This document shows, one piece after another, positions 19,986 through 30,844 of a stretch of 64,000 nucleotides of DNA. The translations under genes and the position numbers were made by a program. The stretch spans positions 18,059 to 82,058 of IMG/VR virus record IMGVR_UViG_3300050166_000039; one strand, given 5' to 3'. Position 1 is the stretch's first letter; every line of letters starts with the position of its first letter. Below the pieces are notes generated by a model. It was not told the DNA's origin. It worked only from the letters and a program-made list of their open reading frames with translations, and ran no database searches. The DNA is from a virus.

Positions 19986-20104
19986 TAAAGAAACTAATTA
20001 ACATGATCAAAACAAAGTGGATCATATACAAAAAGAAACAGGCTTTTAAGAAAGCGATCGGTAAATATAAAAAGCAAGATCCCTTTAATTATAAAAATTT
20101 TTAA
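19982..20104 (+). CDS. Small basic protein (40 aa)
   Basis: Read from sequence: MIKKLINMIK...KKQDPFNYKNF; fills the operon gap exactly. Confidence 0.5.
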   Translation: MIKKLINMIKTKWIIYKKKQAFKKAIGKYKKQDPFNYKNF

Positions 20105-20697
20105 TGGAAATTTTAGATTCTAACATTTTACTATTTAGGAAGGCTGCCACCTCTTCAATAATGAAAATTATTGATAATCACATATCTACTCTACAAGTAA
20201 ATGATAGTTATGCGCAATCACACTTAAACGAGGTTGAAAAGGAAAAGCTAACAAAGTTCTTTAACGAGAAGACAGATCCTGAAATGTTAGATTATTTTCT
20301 AAATTTCAAGGCTGCTAGCAGACCAGATTTGAATTCTTCGATGTGGAAACACTATATTGATGCAGAATGGTTTGACAAAACCAGTGAATTCAGAAACAAA
20401 TTAAGAGAAAATTTTGCAACTAGAATAGGATACGCTGCCGCAAAAATGTTTCATAGATCAAATATTGGGTATGAAGGTGCTAATAATGTAAATATAATAG
20501 GAGAACTAAATAGATTTGCATATCATATTGGGGCAAGCGAAGACGCTTCACATGATTCTGTCATCGTATTTCCTTTACAAAAGATTAGTGTCAAGCTAAA
20601 CAAGGGAGATGTACTTGTTTCACCAGGTTCAATATCACATCCATACGTAATTACGAACGTAATTAACGGCAAATTCAAATTCTTAGAAGCGATATGA
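20104..20697 (+). CDS. 2OG-oxygenase-fold-like protein (paralog A2)
   Basis: KGDVLVSPGSISHPY, INGKFKF shared with 17883-18470. Confidence 0.5.
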   Translation: MEILDSNILLFRKAATSSIMKIIDNHISTLQVNDSYAQSHLNEVEKEKLTKFFNEKTDPEMLDYFLNFKAASRPDLNSSMWKHYIDAEWFDKTSEFRNKLRENFATRIGYAAAKMFHRSNIGYEGANNVNIIGELNRFAYHIGASEDASHDSVIVFPLQKISVKLNKGDVLVSPGSISHPYVITNVINGKFKFLEAI

Positions 20698-21479
20698 TCT
20701 ATTCATACGGATGTTCATTCAGTACTAGACAGTTAGTTGAAGTTGAAGACTTTTGGGTTCATCTACTAGCAAAGCACTATAAGACTCCTTATGAGGCATG
20801 GGGCACAGGAGGAAATGAGTATCATGAAGCATTTCATAGACTTTTAGGTTGTATGCACGAATTCAAGAAGGATGACTTAATCGTCTTTGAATTCACAGAT
20901 CACACTAGAATCGGGGTTACGGTAAACGGAAAGTACATAACGACTGCTATTATAACCAGAGCTACGCCTGATGAAACAATGCAGCATATCAATCATCAGA
21001 GAATCTATAATGGAATAGATAAAGACGATGAGGATTACGCTAGCTTGTATGATTTCTCTAATATATGGGCAGATTCACAGATGTTCTATCATTACTGGAG
21101 AGTCTGGAATCTTTTAACCTATTTACAGGACACGGTCGGAATTCATTTTATACTATTATTCTTAGATCAAACATGGGCTAACGTAATTCCAGAGGACCAT
21201 TATAAGAATATTCCAATGTTTGAACTCAAAAAACCTTACATTGGTTATGAGAATCCAAAATCTAAAATAAGAGATCCGGAGAAAAACATATCCCTGGCTA
21301 AATTCTGTTTTGATAGAGCAGCCACTATTGGAGGCAGTGATAAATATAAAGAAGATGTAAGATGGCATCCAGAAGACGGCCACCCAGATGACATAGGAAA
21401 TAGGCTGTTCACCGAACAGATCATAAATCACATTAACACAAAGTGGGACGAGACTAATCCATATCGTCAATTAAAATAG
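20694..21479 (+). CDS. SGNH-hydrolase-like protein (paralog B2)
   Basis: MIYSYGCSFST, DQTWANVIPEDHY identical to B1, DGHP. Confidence 0.6.
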   Translation: MIYSYGCSFSTRQLVEVEDFWVHLLAKHYKTPYEAWGTGGNEYHEAFHRLLGCMHEFKKDDLIVFEFTDHTRIGVTVNGKYITTAIITRATPDETMQHINHQRIYNGIDKDDEDYASLYDFSNIWADSQMFYHYWRVWNLLTYLQDTVGIHFILLFLDQTWANVIPEDHYKNIPMFELKKPYIGYENPKSKIRDPEKNISLAKFCFDRAATIGGSDKYKEDVRWHPEDGHPDDIGNRLFTEQIINHINTKWDETNPYRQLK

Positions 21480-21487
21480 AATAGAAA

Positions 21488-23173
21488 ATGATTCAGTTAG
21501 GCATTTCAGCTTTTTATCATGATGCAGCGGCCTGTATTGTTAAAAACGGTAAAGTTCTAAGAGCTGTCGAAGAAGAAAGATTCACAGGAGTAAAGCACGA
21601 TCAATCTTTTCCAATTAATTCAATTAATTGGATGCTAGCCGATTTAAACTTAACGATTGAAGACATAGATCAAGTTTGTTGGTACGAGGATCCAGCCCTT
21701 AAAAAAGATAGGGTGATTTCAATCTTTAATCAATTCTTCTTTAAGTCACTATGGAACAGATTTAAGTTTTTAAAGAGACACTCGATAGAAGGAAACATTC
21801 CACAATTATTAAAGCATGAATTAGGATACAATGGAGAAATTAAGTATACTAATCATCATGAAAGTCACGCAGCCTTTTCATATTTTACATCTTCATACAA
21901 TCACGCAGCGGTAGTGTCAATTGATGGCGTTGGAGAATGGGCAACCACCACTATTTATAGAGGCGATGGAGCACAGTTGACAAAGATACTACAGGTTAAT
22001 TTTCCACACTCAATTGGAATGTTATATTCTACAATCACTGCCTTTTTAGGATTTCAACCAAATGAAGGAGAATATAAAGTGATGGGCTTGGCCCCATACG
22101 GAGATCCTACAAAGTATCAGCATCTCCTATTAAACCTAATTAATTTTAGACCAAACGGTAAGTTTGAGATTGATCAAACTCATTTTACATGGGGCTATTC
22201 AGACACCATCATGTTTAAGGAGTCTTTATGTGAATATTTACAACTTCCAGTAAGACTTAAAGGCGAAGAAATAACACAAGACCACAAGGATCTGGCAGTG
22301 GCGCTACAAAAAACTTACGAGACAGTATTCTTACATATCCTGAAAGCAGCGAAGCAGATCACCGGATACGATAACGTATGCTTAAGTGGAGGCTGTGCAT
22401 ATAATGGTGTTGCAAATAATAGAGCGTATGAGGTCTTTAATTCGGTATGGGTTCCCTTTGCTCCTTCGGATTCTGGCTCTTGTATTGGAGCTTGCTTAGC
22501 AAACTATCATGGCCCAAGATGCAACAATACAACACCATACCTGGGTCCTGTATTCGATGACGATGACGCCAAGTCTGCGTTAAAAGCATGGGAAGATCAG
22601 ATTGAATGGACAGAACACGAAGAGGCAGAGCTGATAAGTAAAACTGCTAAAGCAATCAATGCAGGTCATGTGATAGGCTGGTTTCAGGGCCGAATGGAGT
22701 TTGGCGCCAGGGCCTTAGGTAATAGATCTATTCTTGCATCTCCACTAGGAGAAACTACAAAGGCCAGATTGAATCAAGTGATTAAGAAGAGAGAAGGATT
22801 TAGACCCTTTGCGCCTTCATGTGTAGAGAGCGAAGCCGATAAGTTCTTTGAAATCAAGGACACAGTGCCCTACATGAATCAAGTGATGCAGGTTAGATCG
22901 AAATGGAAGATGCCGGCAATTACACACGCTGACGGCTCGGCCAGAGTGCAAACTGTCAATAAGAAGCAGAATGAAAAGTATCATGCGTTGTTAACCGAGT
23001 TAGGCAAGATCTCAGGTTATCCTATCAGCCTAAACACTTCTTTTAATTTTAAGGATCAGACTATTACAATGACACCGTTTCAGGCCATAGAGCGTTTCTT
23101 AGACTGTGACATGGACGTGTTGGTGATTAATAATTTTTACATAGTAAAAAGATCTGAAACTTATTCACTGTAA
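21488..23173 (+). CDS. Carbamoyltransferase (CmcH/NodU family)
   Basis: GISAFYHDAAA, EEERF, HHESHAA, DGVGE, EYKVMGLAPYG, GGCAYN, EFGARALGNRS, RPFAP, NTSFN. Confidence 0.93.
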   Translation: MIQLGISAFYHDAAACIVKNGKVLRAVEEERFTGVKHDQSFPINSINWMLADLNLTIEDIDQVCWYEDPALKKDRVISIFNQFFFKSLWNRFKFLKRHSIEGNIPQLLKHELGYNGEIKYTNHHESHAAFSYFTSSYNHAAVVSIDGVGEWATTTIYRGDGAQLTKILQVNFPHSIGMLYSTITAFLGFQPNEGEYKVMGLAPYGDPTKYQHLLLNLINFRPNGKFEIDQTHFTWGYSDTIMFKESLCEYLQLPVRLKGEEITQDHKDLAVALQKTYETVFLHILKAAKQITGYDNVCLSGGCAYNGVANNRAYEVFNSVWVPFAPSDSGSCIGACLANYHGPRCNNTTPYLGPVFDDDDAKSALKAWEDQIEWTEHEEAELISKTAKAINAGHVIGWFQGRMEFGARALGNRSILASPLGETTKARLNQVIKKREGFRPFAPSCVESEADKFFEIKDTVPYMNQVMQVRSKWKMPAITHADGSARVQTVNKKQNEKYHALLTELGKISGYPISLNTSFNFKDQTITMTPFQAIERFLDCDMDVLVINNFYIVKRSETYSL

Positions 23174-23187
23174 AACGTATAAACTAC

Positions 23188-23622
23188 ATGAAGCACGCAA
23201 TTACATCAATGTATGCTAATCCCATACATCCCGGACACATAGAGTGTCTAAAATTATCAAAGGAACTGGCAGATCATCTTTGGGTCATAGTCAATAATGA
23301 CCATCAGGCACGGTTAAAGAGAGGAGTTGAGTCTTTTCAGGATGAGGATTTCAGAGTCACAGTAGTCAAGTCTATTAGATATGTAGACAATGCAATTATC
23401 TCAATTGATCAGGACGCAACAGTTTGCACTTCTATTGAGCAGGTTCATAATTACATTAAGATTATGGATCCTGAGGCAGAGATCATCTTTACTAAAGGTG
23501 GTGACCGATTCGCTGATGAAATTCCAGAGAAGAAGGTATGTGATAAATTAGGAATTAAGATTGTGGATGGACTGGGCCTTAAAACACATCACTCGAGTCA
23601 AATAGTTAAAATTCAATCATAA
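23188..23622 (+). CDS. Cytidylyltransferase (HIGH-type nucleotidyltransferase)
   Basis: NPIHPGH, VIVNND, KGGDR, SS. Confidence 0.85.
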   Translation: MKHAITSMYANPIHPGHIECLKLSKELADHLWVIVNNDHQARLKRGVESFQDEDFRVTVVKSIRYVDNAIISIDQDATVCTSIEQVHNYIKIMDPEAEIIFTKGGDRFADEIPEKKVCDKLGIKIVDGLGLKTHHSSQIVKIQS

Positions 23623-23822
23623 TGAAAAAGTTATTAGCACTTGCGTTAACACTACTCGCCTTAGAAGGTTGTGTAGTTAGACCAATGAGAATGTATCCAG
23701 TAGGAGGCATCTATATTGGCCGTAGCTCTTATAGAAGAGTGCCAAACTATCATAGATCAAGAACCTATTGGAGCCCGGTTCCAGTAAAGCCAGTTAAACC
23801 CCTTAAACCCAGAAACAGATGA
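23622..23822 (+). CDS. Small lipoprotein
   Basis: Lipobox LEGC after a hydrophobic signal. Confidence 0.55.
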   Translation: MKKLLALALTLLALEGCVVRPMRMYPVGGIYIGRSSYRRVPNYHRSRTYWSPVPVKPVKPLKPRNR

Positions 23823-24274
23823 GAAAATGGTTAGCCAAAAAATTATTAGGTAAAGACTATACGGTTGTTGAAACCAATGTAGCACCCAGAAAAATAGTTA
23901 AGCCTATTCATATAATGATCGACGAGATCTTACAGGAGTTTGATTTCAATAAGGTTCATTATGTAATGCAAGAATTAAACTGGACCTGGGTAAAACAACC
24001 TGTAAACGGATTTAAGTCATTTGAAGACATTGAACATGCAGAGATGGGAGTTCCAAGTCTTGATAGAATTAAGATGGCAGCTGTTGAGAGAATCTGGTCA
24101 GCGATTGACGAGGCACAAAACCCTATAAACTCTGAAAACAGCGAGGATTGTCCATACACATGTTCTTCGGGTGGATTTCAAGCAACTGTTTATAAGGATA
24201 AAGAGGGTCTTATCTCACTTATCGCACTAGAGTTCGTATTGACAGAATGGGACTCAACTTACGAAGAAGATTAA
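23819..24274 (+). CDS. Hypothetical phage protein
   Basis: FDFNKVHYVMQELNWTW...SSGGF. Confidence 0.6.
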   Translation: MRKWLAKKLLGKDYTVVETNVAPRKIVKPIHIMIDEILQEFDFNKVHYVMQELNWTWVKQPVNGFKSFEDIEHAEMGVPSLDRIKMAAVERIWSAIDEAQNPINSENSEDCPYTCSSGGFQATVYKDKEGLISLIALEFVLTEWDSTYEED

Positions 24275-24292
24275 TAATAATATTTATATAAA

Positions 24293-24547
24293 ATGGAAAA
24301 CACGACTTCACCACAAATTGCCTGCATGAAGCTGAAAGATTTAAAAGTCTGGATGAATATGCTACCGAATGAATTTTTAGAATATGATTTAGTAGTAGCT
24401 GCAAATGGAATACAGCCTAGCGGAGTATTCATATATGAAAAAGAATATACTGTTAGAGGATTTGATGTCGACGATGTCGGCAAACAAGTTTTATTTTTGC
24501 ATGCAGCGGACGACAGTAAGGTTAAAAGAAACAAAATTATAATCTAG
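24293..24547 (+). CDS. Hypothetical protein
   Basis: 84-aa ORF. Confidence 0.5.
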   Translation: MENTTSPQIACMKLKDLKVWMNMLPNEFLEYDLVVAANGIQPSGVFIYEKEYTVRGFDVDDVGKQVLFLHAADDSKVKRNKIII

Positions 24548-25699
24548 ATGGAAAATAATAGAAGACCAACTCTTGCATTTGCAACTATGTGCAAAAACGA
24601 AGAGCATATCATAGGTGCGGTGTTAGATGCGGTATCTCCATACATAGATTACTTGGTGGTGGCGGATAATGGTTCTACTGATAGAACTCTTGAAATCGTG
24701 CAAGAGTTTATGGATAGAACTGGAATCCCAGGAGAAATTTACAGAGACGAATGGCATGGTTTTGATAAGAATAAAACCATGATGATGGAATATGTATACG
24801 ATAAAACAGATTACGTATTACACCTAGATGCAGATGACGTACTAGCAGGAGACTTTAGCTTCGCTAATCAGGATACAGGATATGACACGTACTTGATGAC
24901 AATGAAACGTGGTAGTTTTAATTGGAAAGCAACTGTCATTTATAACAATAGACTGAGATGGAAATTCTGTGGAGTAGCTCACACTATCATTAAGTGCCTG
25001 GATAAACCATTCGGTTATAGCATGGGAGATCTTTCTAGTAGAGGTTGGGTTATAGCAGATGGTGTTGGTTCAAGAGCGTTTGATCCAAAAAAATATCTGT
25101 ATGATGCCGAAAGATTACAAAAGCAGTTCTTCGATACTCTTTACAATGATCCAGATGGACTAAACACTCGTTCTGTATTCTATACTGCTCAAAGTTTTAT
25201 GGATTACGGGATGATACAGGAGGCTCTACAGTGGCACTGTCTTTATTTAAAGCTAAAGAATACTTGGATTGAAGAAGAATTTGAGGCTAGAATGAGAATC
25301 TCCAAATGTTTAATGTCTCTTGGCCATGGAAAGGATGAAGTGATTCGACAGATGGATGAAGCAATTAAAATATTCTCAGATAGAGCCGAACCATATTATG
25401 CATTAGGTTATTATCTAAATCAAGTTGGAGATCATGAATTAGCGTATCAATACTTATCTAAAGGAATTAAGTGTTCTCTAGAAAATGCTAAATCAAAGTA
25501 CGTTCTATTCATTGAAGATTATTGTTACGGTATAGGAATGAATGATCAGCTTTCAATCGCTTGTATAGGAACTGGTAGAGTTGAACAAGGCATTGCGTTA
25601 ATCAATGAAATCATAGATGATCCTGTATTTATTGATGATAAGCCTAGATTAACTGAAAATCTTAAAAGACTAAAAGAACTACAAGCAGTAAATGCATAA
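24548..25699 (+). CDS. GT2 glycosyltransferase with TPR C-terminus
   Basis: MCKNEE, DNGSTD, LDADD (DxD), helical TPR-like tail. Confidence 0.85.
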   Translation: MENNRRPTLAFATMCKNEEHIIGAVLDAVSPYIDYLVVADNGSTDRTLEIVQEFMDRTGIPGEIYRDEWHGFDKNKTMMMEYVYDKTDYVLHLDADDVLAGDFSFANQDTGYDTYLMTMKRGSFNWKATVIYNNRLRWKFCGVAHTIIKCLDKPFGYSMGDLSSRGWVIADGVGSRAFDPKKYLYDAERLQKQFFDTLYNDPDGLNTRSVFYTAQSFMDYGMIQEALQWHCLYLKLKNTWIEEEFEARMRISKCLMSLGHGKDEVIRQMDEAIKIFSDRAEPYYALGYYLNQVGDHELAYQYLSKGIKCSLENAKSKYVLFIEDYCYGIGMNDQLSIACIGTGRVEQGIALINEIIDDPVFIDDKPRLTENLKRLKELQAVNA

Positions 25700-26936
25700 T
25701 GTAAATACGTTGATTATCGGCGGCGGCATAACGGGTTTATCCGCCGCTGCTTTTTTGAAAGGAGACTATCTAATCTTGGAAGCCTCTTCTGAATTAGGAG
25801 GATATTGTAAGACTACTATGTCAGGTGATTTCGTGTGGGATCACTCAGGCCACTTTTTTCATTTTAAAGACCATTCTATCAAAGAATGGATGATGGAAAA
25901 TATAGAAACTGAAATAGTGGAAGTTGAAAAGATAACAGACATTAAATATAAAGATTCTATTATAGATTTTCCATTTCAATATAACGTATATCAATTGCCC
26001 GAAGAAGAATTCTTAGATTGTGTTAAAGACGCGTATTTAGCCTCTGCACAAGAAACCAACTACTCGTCATTTAAGGCGATGATTCAAACAACAGTTGGAA
26101 AAGCAATCTGCAACAAATTTTTAATACCGTATAATGAAAAATTATATGCATGCGATCTAAATGAATTGGATGCGAATGCGATGGGAAGATTCTTTCCTAC
26201 CAATATTAATCCTAGTGAACTATTAGAAAGAAATCATGACACTGCACGAACTTCTTCTTACAATAACACTTTTATTTATCCTGTAAATGGAAGTCAAGAA
26301 TTCGTCAATTCAGTTATAAAGAGATTAGATCCTACTAAAATTAAAACCAATGCTAAAGTTATTTCTATTGACGTGGTCAAGAAAACAGTTCAAACCACAA
26401 TTGGAGAATTTAGCTTTAAGAATTTAATCAGCACTTTGCCATATCCGATTCTTCAAGATATGATGGGATTAGATTCATCTAATTTAAGTTTCAATAAGGT
26501 TGCAGTCTTTAACCTGGGCTTTGATAAAGGAACAGATATTAAAACACACTGGAGATATTTTCCAGGCAGTGAAATATTTTATAGAGTTGGATTCTATAAC
26601 AATATCCTGGGAACCGATAAGATGAGTCTTTATGTTGAAATAGGTGCTAAATCAAATCAGGTTCTATCATCAAAGGATGAGCTATTAGAGATTGTGATTA
26701 AGGATCTAAAATCATCAGGCATAATTACTGATCAAACCCTAGTAGATCATCAATATCTAGAGATGAGCCCGGCTTATGTTCATATTACAGAACAGAGTAC
26801 TAAATCGTATTCAGACTGGTGCGAAACTCATAATCAAATGGGAATCTATTCCATAGGCAGATATGGAGCTTGGACGTATTGTTCAATTGAAGACAACATC
26901 ATAGAGGCTAAGAATACTGCTGAAAAAATAGTGTAA
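25692..26936 (+). CDS. FAD-dependent oxidoreductase (UDP-galactopyranose mutase / protoporphyrinogen oxidase-like)
   Basis: IIGGGITGL, GGYC, DHSGHFFH, GRYGAW.Y. Confidence 0.8.
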   Translation: MHNVNTLIIGGGITGLSAAAFLKGDYLILEASSELGGYCKTTMSGDFVWDHSGHFFHFKDHSIKEWMMENIETEIVEVEKITDIKYKDSIIDFPFQYNVYQLPEEEFLDCVKDAYLASAQETNYSSFKAMIQTTVGKAICNKFLIPYNEKLYACDLNELDANAMGRFFPTNINPSELLERNHDTARTSSYNNTFIYPVNGSQEFVNSVIKRLDPTKIKTNAKVISIDVVKKTVQTTIGEFSFKNLISTLPYPILQDMMGLDSSNLSFNKVAVFNLGFDKGTDIKTHWRYFPGSEIFYRVGFYNNILGTDKMSLYVEIGAKSNQVLSSKDELLEIVIKDLKSSGIITDQTLVDHQYLEMSPAYVHITEQSTKSYSDWCETHNQMGIYSIGRYGAWTYCSIEDNIIEAKNTAEKIV

Positions 26937-26995
26937 AACATTTTTATTTGTCAGAAATTTTAGTTAAATTTACTCTATAACCAAACAAAATAAGT

Positions 26996-27373
26996 ATGAA
27001 AGTAAATTTAGATTTAATTACAGGACTTTTTAAGCGCGCTGAAAAAGAAATGGACGCCGAACAAACTCTAATCTACGGTATTGTGGAGAAGATGTGTAGC
27101 AATCAGGATTCAATTTTAGTTGCGGCTCCAGGTCAAGACACAGGACAGTTCTATATTAAGAACGATAATAACGGTTACTTCATCGTCTTATCTGGAAACT
27201 GTGTTAAGATCACAAATAAGGAGTTGTATCTTGTGCGTTATTTCGAGATGAACATGATTAAACCTTTAATCGAGTTAGTAAATCAGCGAATCAGTGAGGA
27301 CTGCAACAAGATTCAAAACAACGTCTTTGTAAGCGAGTTAGATGTCTTACAGAATATTTCAGATTCATTATAG
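26996..27373 (+). CDS. Hypothetical protein
   Basis: 125-aa ORF after a variant early promoter (TAAATTTAC 26965). Confidence 0.6.
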   Translation: MKVNLDLITGLFKRAEKEMDAEQTLIYGIVEKMCSNQDSILVAAPGQDTGQFYIKNDNNGYFIVLSGNCVKITNKELYLVRYFEMNMIKPLIELVNQRISEDCNKIQNNVFVSELDVLQNISDSL

Positions 27374-27444
27374 CACTGAAACAAAACACATATATAAAGT
27401 ATAACAAAAGGAGTTGAGAGACTCTTTTTTAACTTTATCTCTAT

Positions 27445-28317
27445 ATGAACAAAAACATCGGTATTATTGGGCAGGGTTTTGTAGGTAACGCTGTTAATCA
27501 AGGATTAAAGTCTCACTTTAATATTTTAACCTACGACAAATATCAAGCAGATAAGTCTAATTCAACACTCTTAGAAATTGTGAAAGAGTGTCACGTTATT
27601 TTTGTTTGTGTTCCAACGCCAATGAACTCTGAAACAGGAGAGGCTTATACTGGTATAGTTGAATCAGTGATTAAAGATTTAGACTATTTTGCTACTTCGA
27701 TGAATAAACCCACGATTGCAGTCATCAAATCTACCATTCCACCCGGAACAACTCTACGCCTAGATAATTCAACTACCACATTAAGAGTAGCTTTCAACCC
27801 AGAGTTCTTGACAGAGGCCAATGCAGTTAACGATTTCTTAACACAGGATAGAATCATCGTTGGTGCCAATCATGCATCCACAAGTGAATATGTTGCGGAA
27901 TTATATCAGTATGCATTTCCTAATGCTAATATCATCGAACAAGATTCAACCTCAGCCGAGATGGTAAAATATGTCAGCAATTGTTTTCTAGCTGTTAAAG
28001 TTAGCTTTGCAAATGAAATGTATGACCTATGTAAAGCTGAAGGAGCTAACTGGCAAGAAGTAGTTGAAGCAGTTAAGTTGGACAAGAGAATGGGTACCTC
28101 ACACTGGCAGGTTCCAGGACCAGATGGTGATAGAGGATTTGGAGGACATTGTTTCCCTAAAGACATGCAGGCTATTAAATACGTAGCACAGATTAATGGC
28201 TTACAAGTTAGCACTATCGATGGAGCAATCGAAACTAACGAGAGAGTTAGACAAGATAGAGATTGGGAGCAGCAAGAAGGCAGAGCAGTGATAAACTTAC
28301 AGAAAGAATCAATATAA
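27445..28317 (+). CDS. UDP-glucose/GDP-mannose dehydrogenase family protein
   Basis: GQGFVG, CVPTP, IKSTIPPGT, NPEFL, GFGGHCFPKD. Confidence 0.9.
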   Translation: MNKNIGIIGQGFVGNAVNQGLKSHFNILTYDKYQADKSNSTLLEIVKECHVIFVCVPTPMNSETGEAYTGIVESVIKDLDYFATSMNKPTIAVIKSTIPPGTTLRLDNSTTTLRVAFNPEFLTEANAVNDFLTQDRIIVGANHASTSEYVAELYQYAFPNANIIEQDSTSAEMVKYVSNCFLAVKVSFANEMYDLCKAEGANWQEVVEAVKLDKRMGTSHWQVPGPDGDRGFGGHCFPKDMQAIKYVAQINGLQVSTIDGAIETNERVRQDRDWEQQEGRAVINLQKESI

Positions 28318-29174
28318 TGAAAAAGGTATTAGTAACCGGAGGAGCAGGATTCGTAGGCTCTAACTTAATTAAACGTCTAAAACAGTTAGACGATAACATC
28401 GAAATCACCAGCTTAGATAACTACTTTACTGGAAAGCAGGAGAATCACATTGAAGGAGTCAAGTATGTAGTCGGTGCAACATGGGATATAGATGAGCTGT
28501 TAGGAGAAGAAACTTTCGACACTGTCTTTCACTTTGGTGAGTATTCGAGAATCGTAAAGTCTTTTGATGACATTAAGTATGTTGAAAAGACCATTCTATA
28601 CGGTACACCAAAGGTGTTAGAGATGTGTAGAAAGTGGCAGGCTAAATTAATCTATTCTGCTTCTTCTTCGAAGTTTGGGAACGGTGGCAAGGACGAGAAC
28701 CTATCCCCTTACTCTTGGATGAAGTCAAAGATGATTGAATTAATCAAGAACTATTCAGAATGGTATGACTTGAAATACGAGATCTGTTACTTCTTTAATG
28801 TGTATGGCCCTGGTCAAATTATGGCAGGAGATTACGCAACAGTGATAGGTATATTCGAGAGACAGAAAAATGCAGGAGAAGACTTAACGGTTGTTACACC
28901 TGGAACACAAAGCAGAGATTTTACGCACGTATCAGATGTAGTGAATGGTGTTGTTAAAGCAGCGACAAAGGGTTTGCAAGGGGAATGGCACCTAAGAAGC
29001 GGTATAAATGTAACTATCATTGATGTGGCTGAGATGTTTGGCGCCGAATGGAAATTGATTCCAGAGAGAAGAGGCGAGAGATTTACAAGCGAAGAATTTC
29101 CATCAGATACACAAGAGAAGTTAGAATGGAAACCTGAAATGAATTTAATAGATTGGATAAACTCAAGAAAATGA
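28317..29174 (+). CDS. NAD-dependent epimerase/dehydratase
   Basis: VTGGAGFVGS, YSWMK (YxxxK), FNVYGP, RDFTHV; start reassigned to ATG 28317. Confidence 0.9.
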   Translation: MKKVLVTGGAGFVGSNLIKRLKQLDDNIEITSLDNYFTGKQENHIEGVKYVVGATWDIDELLGEETFDTVFHFGEYSRIVKSFDDIKYVEKTILYGTPKVLEMCRKWQAKLIYSASSSKFGNGGKDENLSPYSWMKSKMIELIKNYSEWYDLKYEICYFFNVYGPGQIMAGDYATVIGIFERQKNAGEDLTVVTPGTQSRDFTHVSDVVNGVVKAATKGLQGEWHLRSGINVTIIDVAEMFGAEWKLIPERRGERFTSEEFPSDTQEKLEWKPEMNLIDWINSRK

Positions 29175-29650
29175 AAATAGTAATTGTAGGAAAAGCAGCA
29201 TCAGGCAAGGATTACTTACGCAAGAGAATGATGCAACAAGGAGCGAAGTATGGTGTAAGTTATACCACAAGGCCTCCTAGAGTTAAAGACGGGGAAGTCC
29301 ATGGCGTAGACTACTTATTTACAACTGAAGAGGACTTCTTAGCGATGGTTGAACGTGACGAAATGATAGAGTATCAGCAATTCAATGGCTGGTACTATGG
29401 TATGACAAAAGAAGTGTTTGATCAGTGTGAAGTAATGATTTTAAACGTCGAAGGCCTAGCAATGTTATCTGATGAAATTAGAAAACAATGCTTCGTTATT
29501 TATGTTGACATTGACCAAGAGACCAGAATTGAAAGATTAGGAGCTAGAAAGGATGTAGATGACTTAAAATGGAGAAGGCTTCAGGCTGATGAAGAACAGT
29601 TTAAAAATTTTACAGATTATGATATTAGAATAACAAATCCTGACTTTTAG
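29171..29650 (+). CDS. gmk: Guanylate kinase
   Basis: GKAASGKD, SYTTRPPR..E.HGVDY.F, YYG; start at ATG 29171. Confidence 0.85.
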   Translation: MKIVIVGKAASGKDYLRKRMMQQGAKYGVSYTTRPPRVKDGEVHGVDYLFTTEEDFLAMVERDEMIEYQQFNGWYYGMTKEVFDQCEVMILNVEGLAMLSDEIRKQCFVIYVDIDQETRIERLGARKDVDDLKWRRLQADEEQFKNFTDYDIRITNPDF

Positions 29651-29706
29651 AGCCCGTTTTCATTACATATACAGATATATAAGTAAATAAAAAAAATATA
29701 TTTAAT

Positions 29707-30219
29707 ATGGCATCAGGATTAAGTGTAAGCGGTACAGTGTACTCTGTAGGCGCAACAAGTATATCAACTAATGTGTTAACAGACTCTAATGGTAGAGGCA
29801 TGTACACTAATGCAACACAATACAGATACCCTAGAGTTGGATCTAACATCAGTATGGGTTCACACTACAGAAGTAAAACATTTTATAGATTAACTACAGT
29901 TGGAATGGGAAGTACTAGATTAACAGGTACTGCACAGATCACGGTTAACTGGGGTGTTATCTCGTGGACTACGGGAGCTACTGTAATTACACAAACAAAC
30001 GTTTTAAGAACATGGACTCCAGTTGCAGCCGATGGTTTTCAAGTGTTCATGGATACTGCAACTTCAGGAACAGCAACAGTTAACGTAGATACTCAGCTTT
30101 ATGCAGGTACATGGTCAGGCTGGATGACAGGTATGAACTCCGGTCTTGTTTCAGGAGCTACCAACTACTCATGGGCTGGTTACACTGGAAATAACCAACT
30201 TTACGCAATCTGGACTTAG
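29707..30219 (+). CDS. Gly/Thr/Ser-rich beta protein, possibly virion structural
   Basis: Composition; preceded by a GATATATA motif. Confidence 0.5.
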   Translation: MASGLSVSGTVYSVGATSISTNVLTDSNGRGMYTNATQYRYPRVGSNISMGSHYRSKTFYRLTTVGMGSTRLTGTAQITVNWGVISWTTGATVITQTNVLRTWTPVAADGFQVFMDTATSGTATVNVDTQLYAGTWSGWMTGMNSGLVSGATNYSWAGYTGNNQLYAIWT

Positions 30220-30241
30220 TATTTTTTAACTAAAATTTTAT

Positions 30242-30844
30242 ATGGGATTTATTATTAAAAAGAGTTATTCTAGAGATAACAAAGAGATTACGGAGTTCTA
30301 CGCAAGAATTCAACAATATACAGTTGAAAGATTTCCTGGAACTGCGTACGCAATGGTACAATACTTTATAGATAAAGAAGCAGCTGAAGGCTACACGATG
30401 AAATATGCTAGAAATACGTTTCAGCATGAGATGGAACCCTTAAAGCATGAGAACTTTCCAATCGATATCAGTGAAGACTGTATTATTGGAGGAGAACCCT
30501 TTAAGATGCCTGATCCTATTCACGATGATTTTAGAATCTCTTGCTTTGGATTTTGGTTTCCTTTAGGAGAACCCGCTAAAGTAACCGAAGAACAATATGA
30601 AATGCAGGATTCTACAGTAGAGATGCCGTACGTTGATTTTGACGAGGATGGAAATCCAGTACAAGCAACAAAGACGATACCTTGCAAGAACAGAGTCTTA
30701 GTTAAATCTGAAATAGTTGATCGTCACATTACTAATCACATGCTACCTGAATTTATGGAGAATCCATACGCATTCTTGTACAAGAGATTAAAACCTGAAC
30801 TTGAAAAAATCTTCGGTGAAGGTAGTGTAGTTGACGATTTATAA
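30242..30844 (+). CDS. Hypothetical protein
   Basis: 200-aa ORF. Confidence 0.6.
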   Translation: MGFIIKKSYSRDNKEITEFYARIQQYTVERFPGTAYAMVQYFIDKEAAEGYTMKYARNTFQHEMEPLKHENFPIDISEDCIIGGEPFKMPDPIHDDFRISCFGFWFPLGEPAKVTEEQYEMQDSTVEMPYVDFDEDGNPVQATKTIPCKNRVLVKSEIVDRHITNHMLPEFMENPYAFLYKRLKPELEKIFGEGSVVDDL

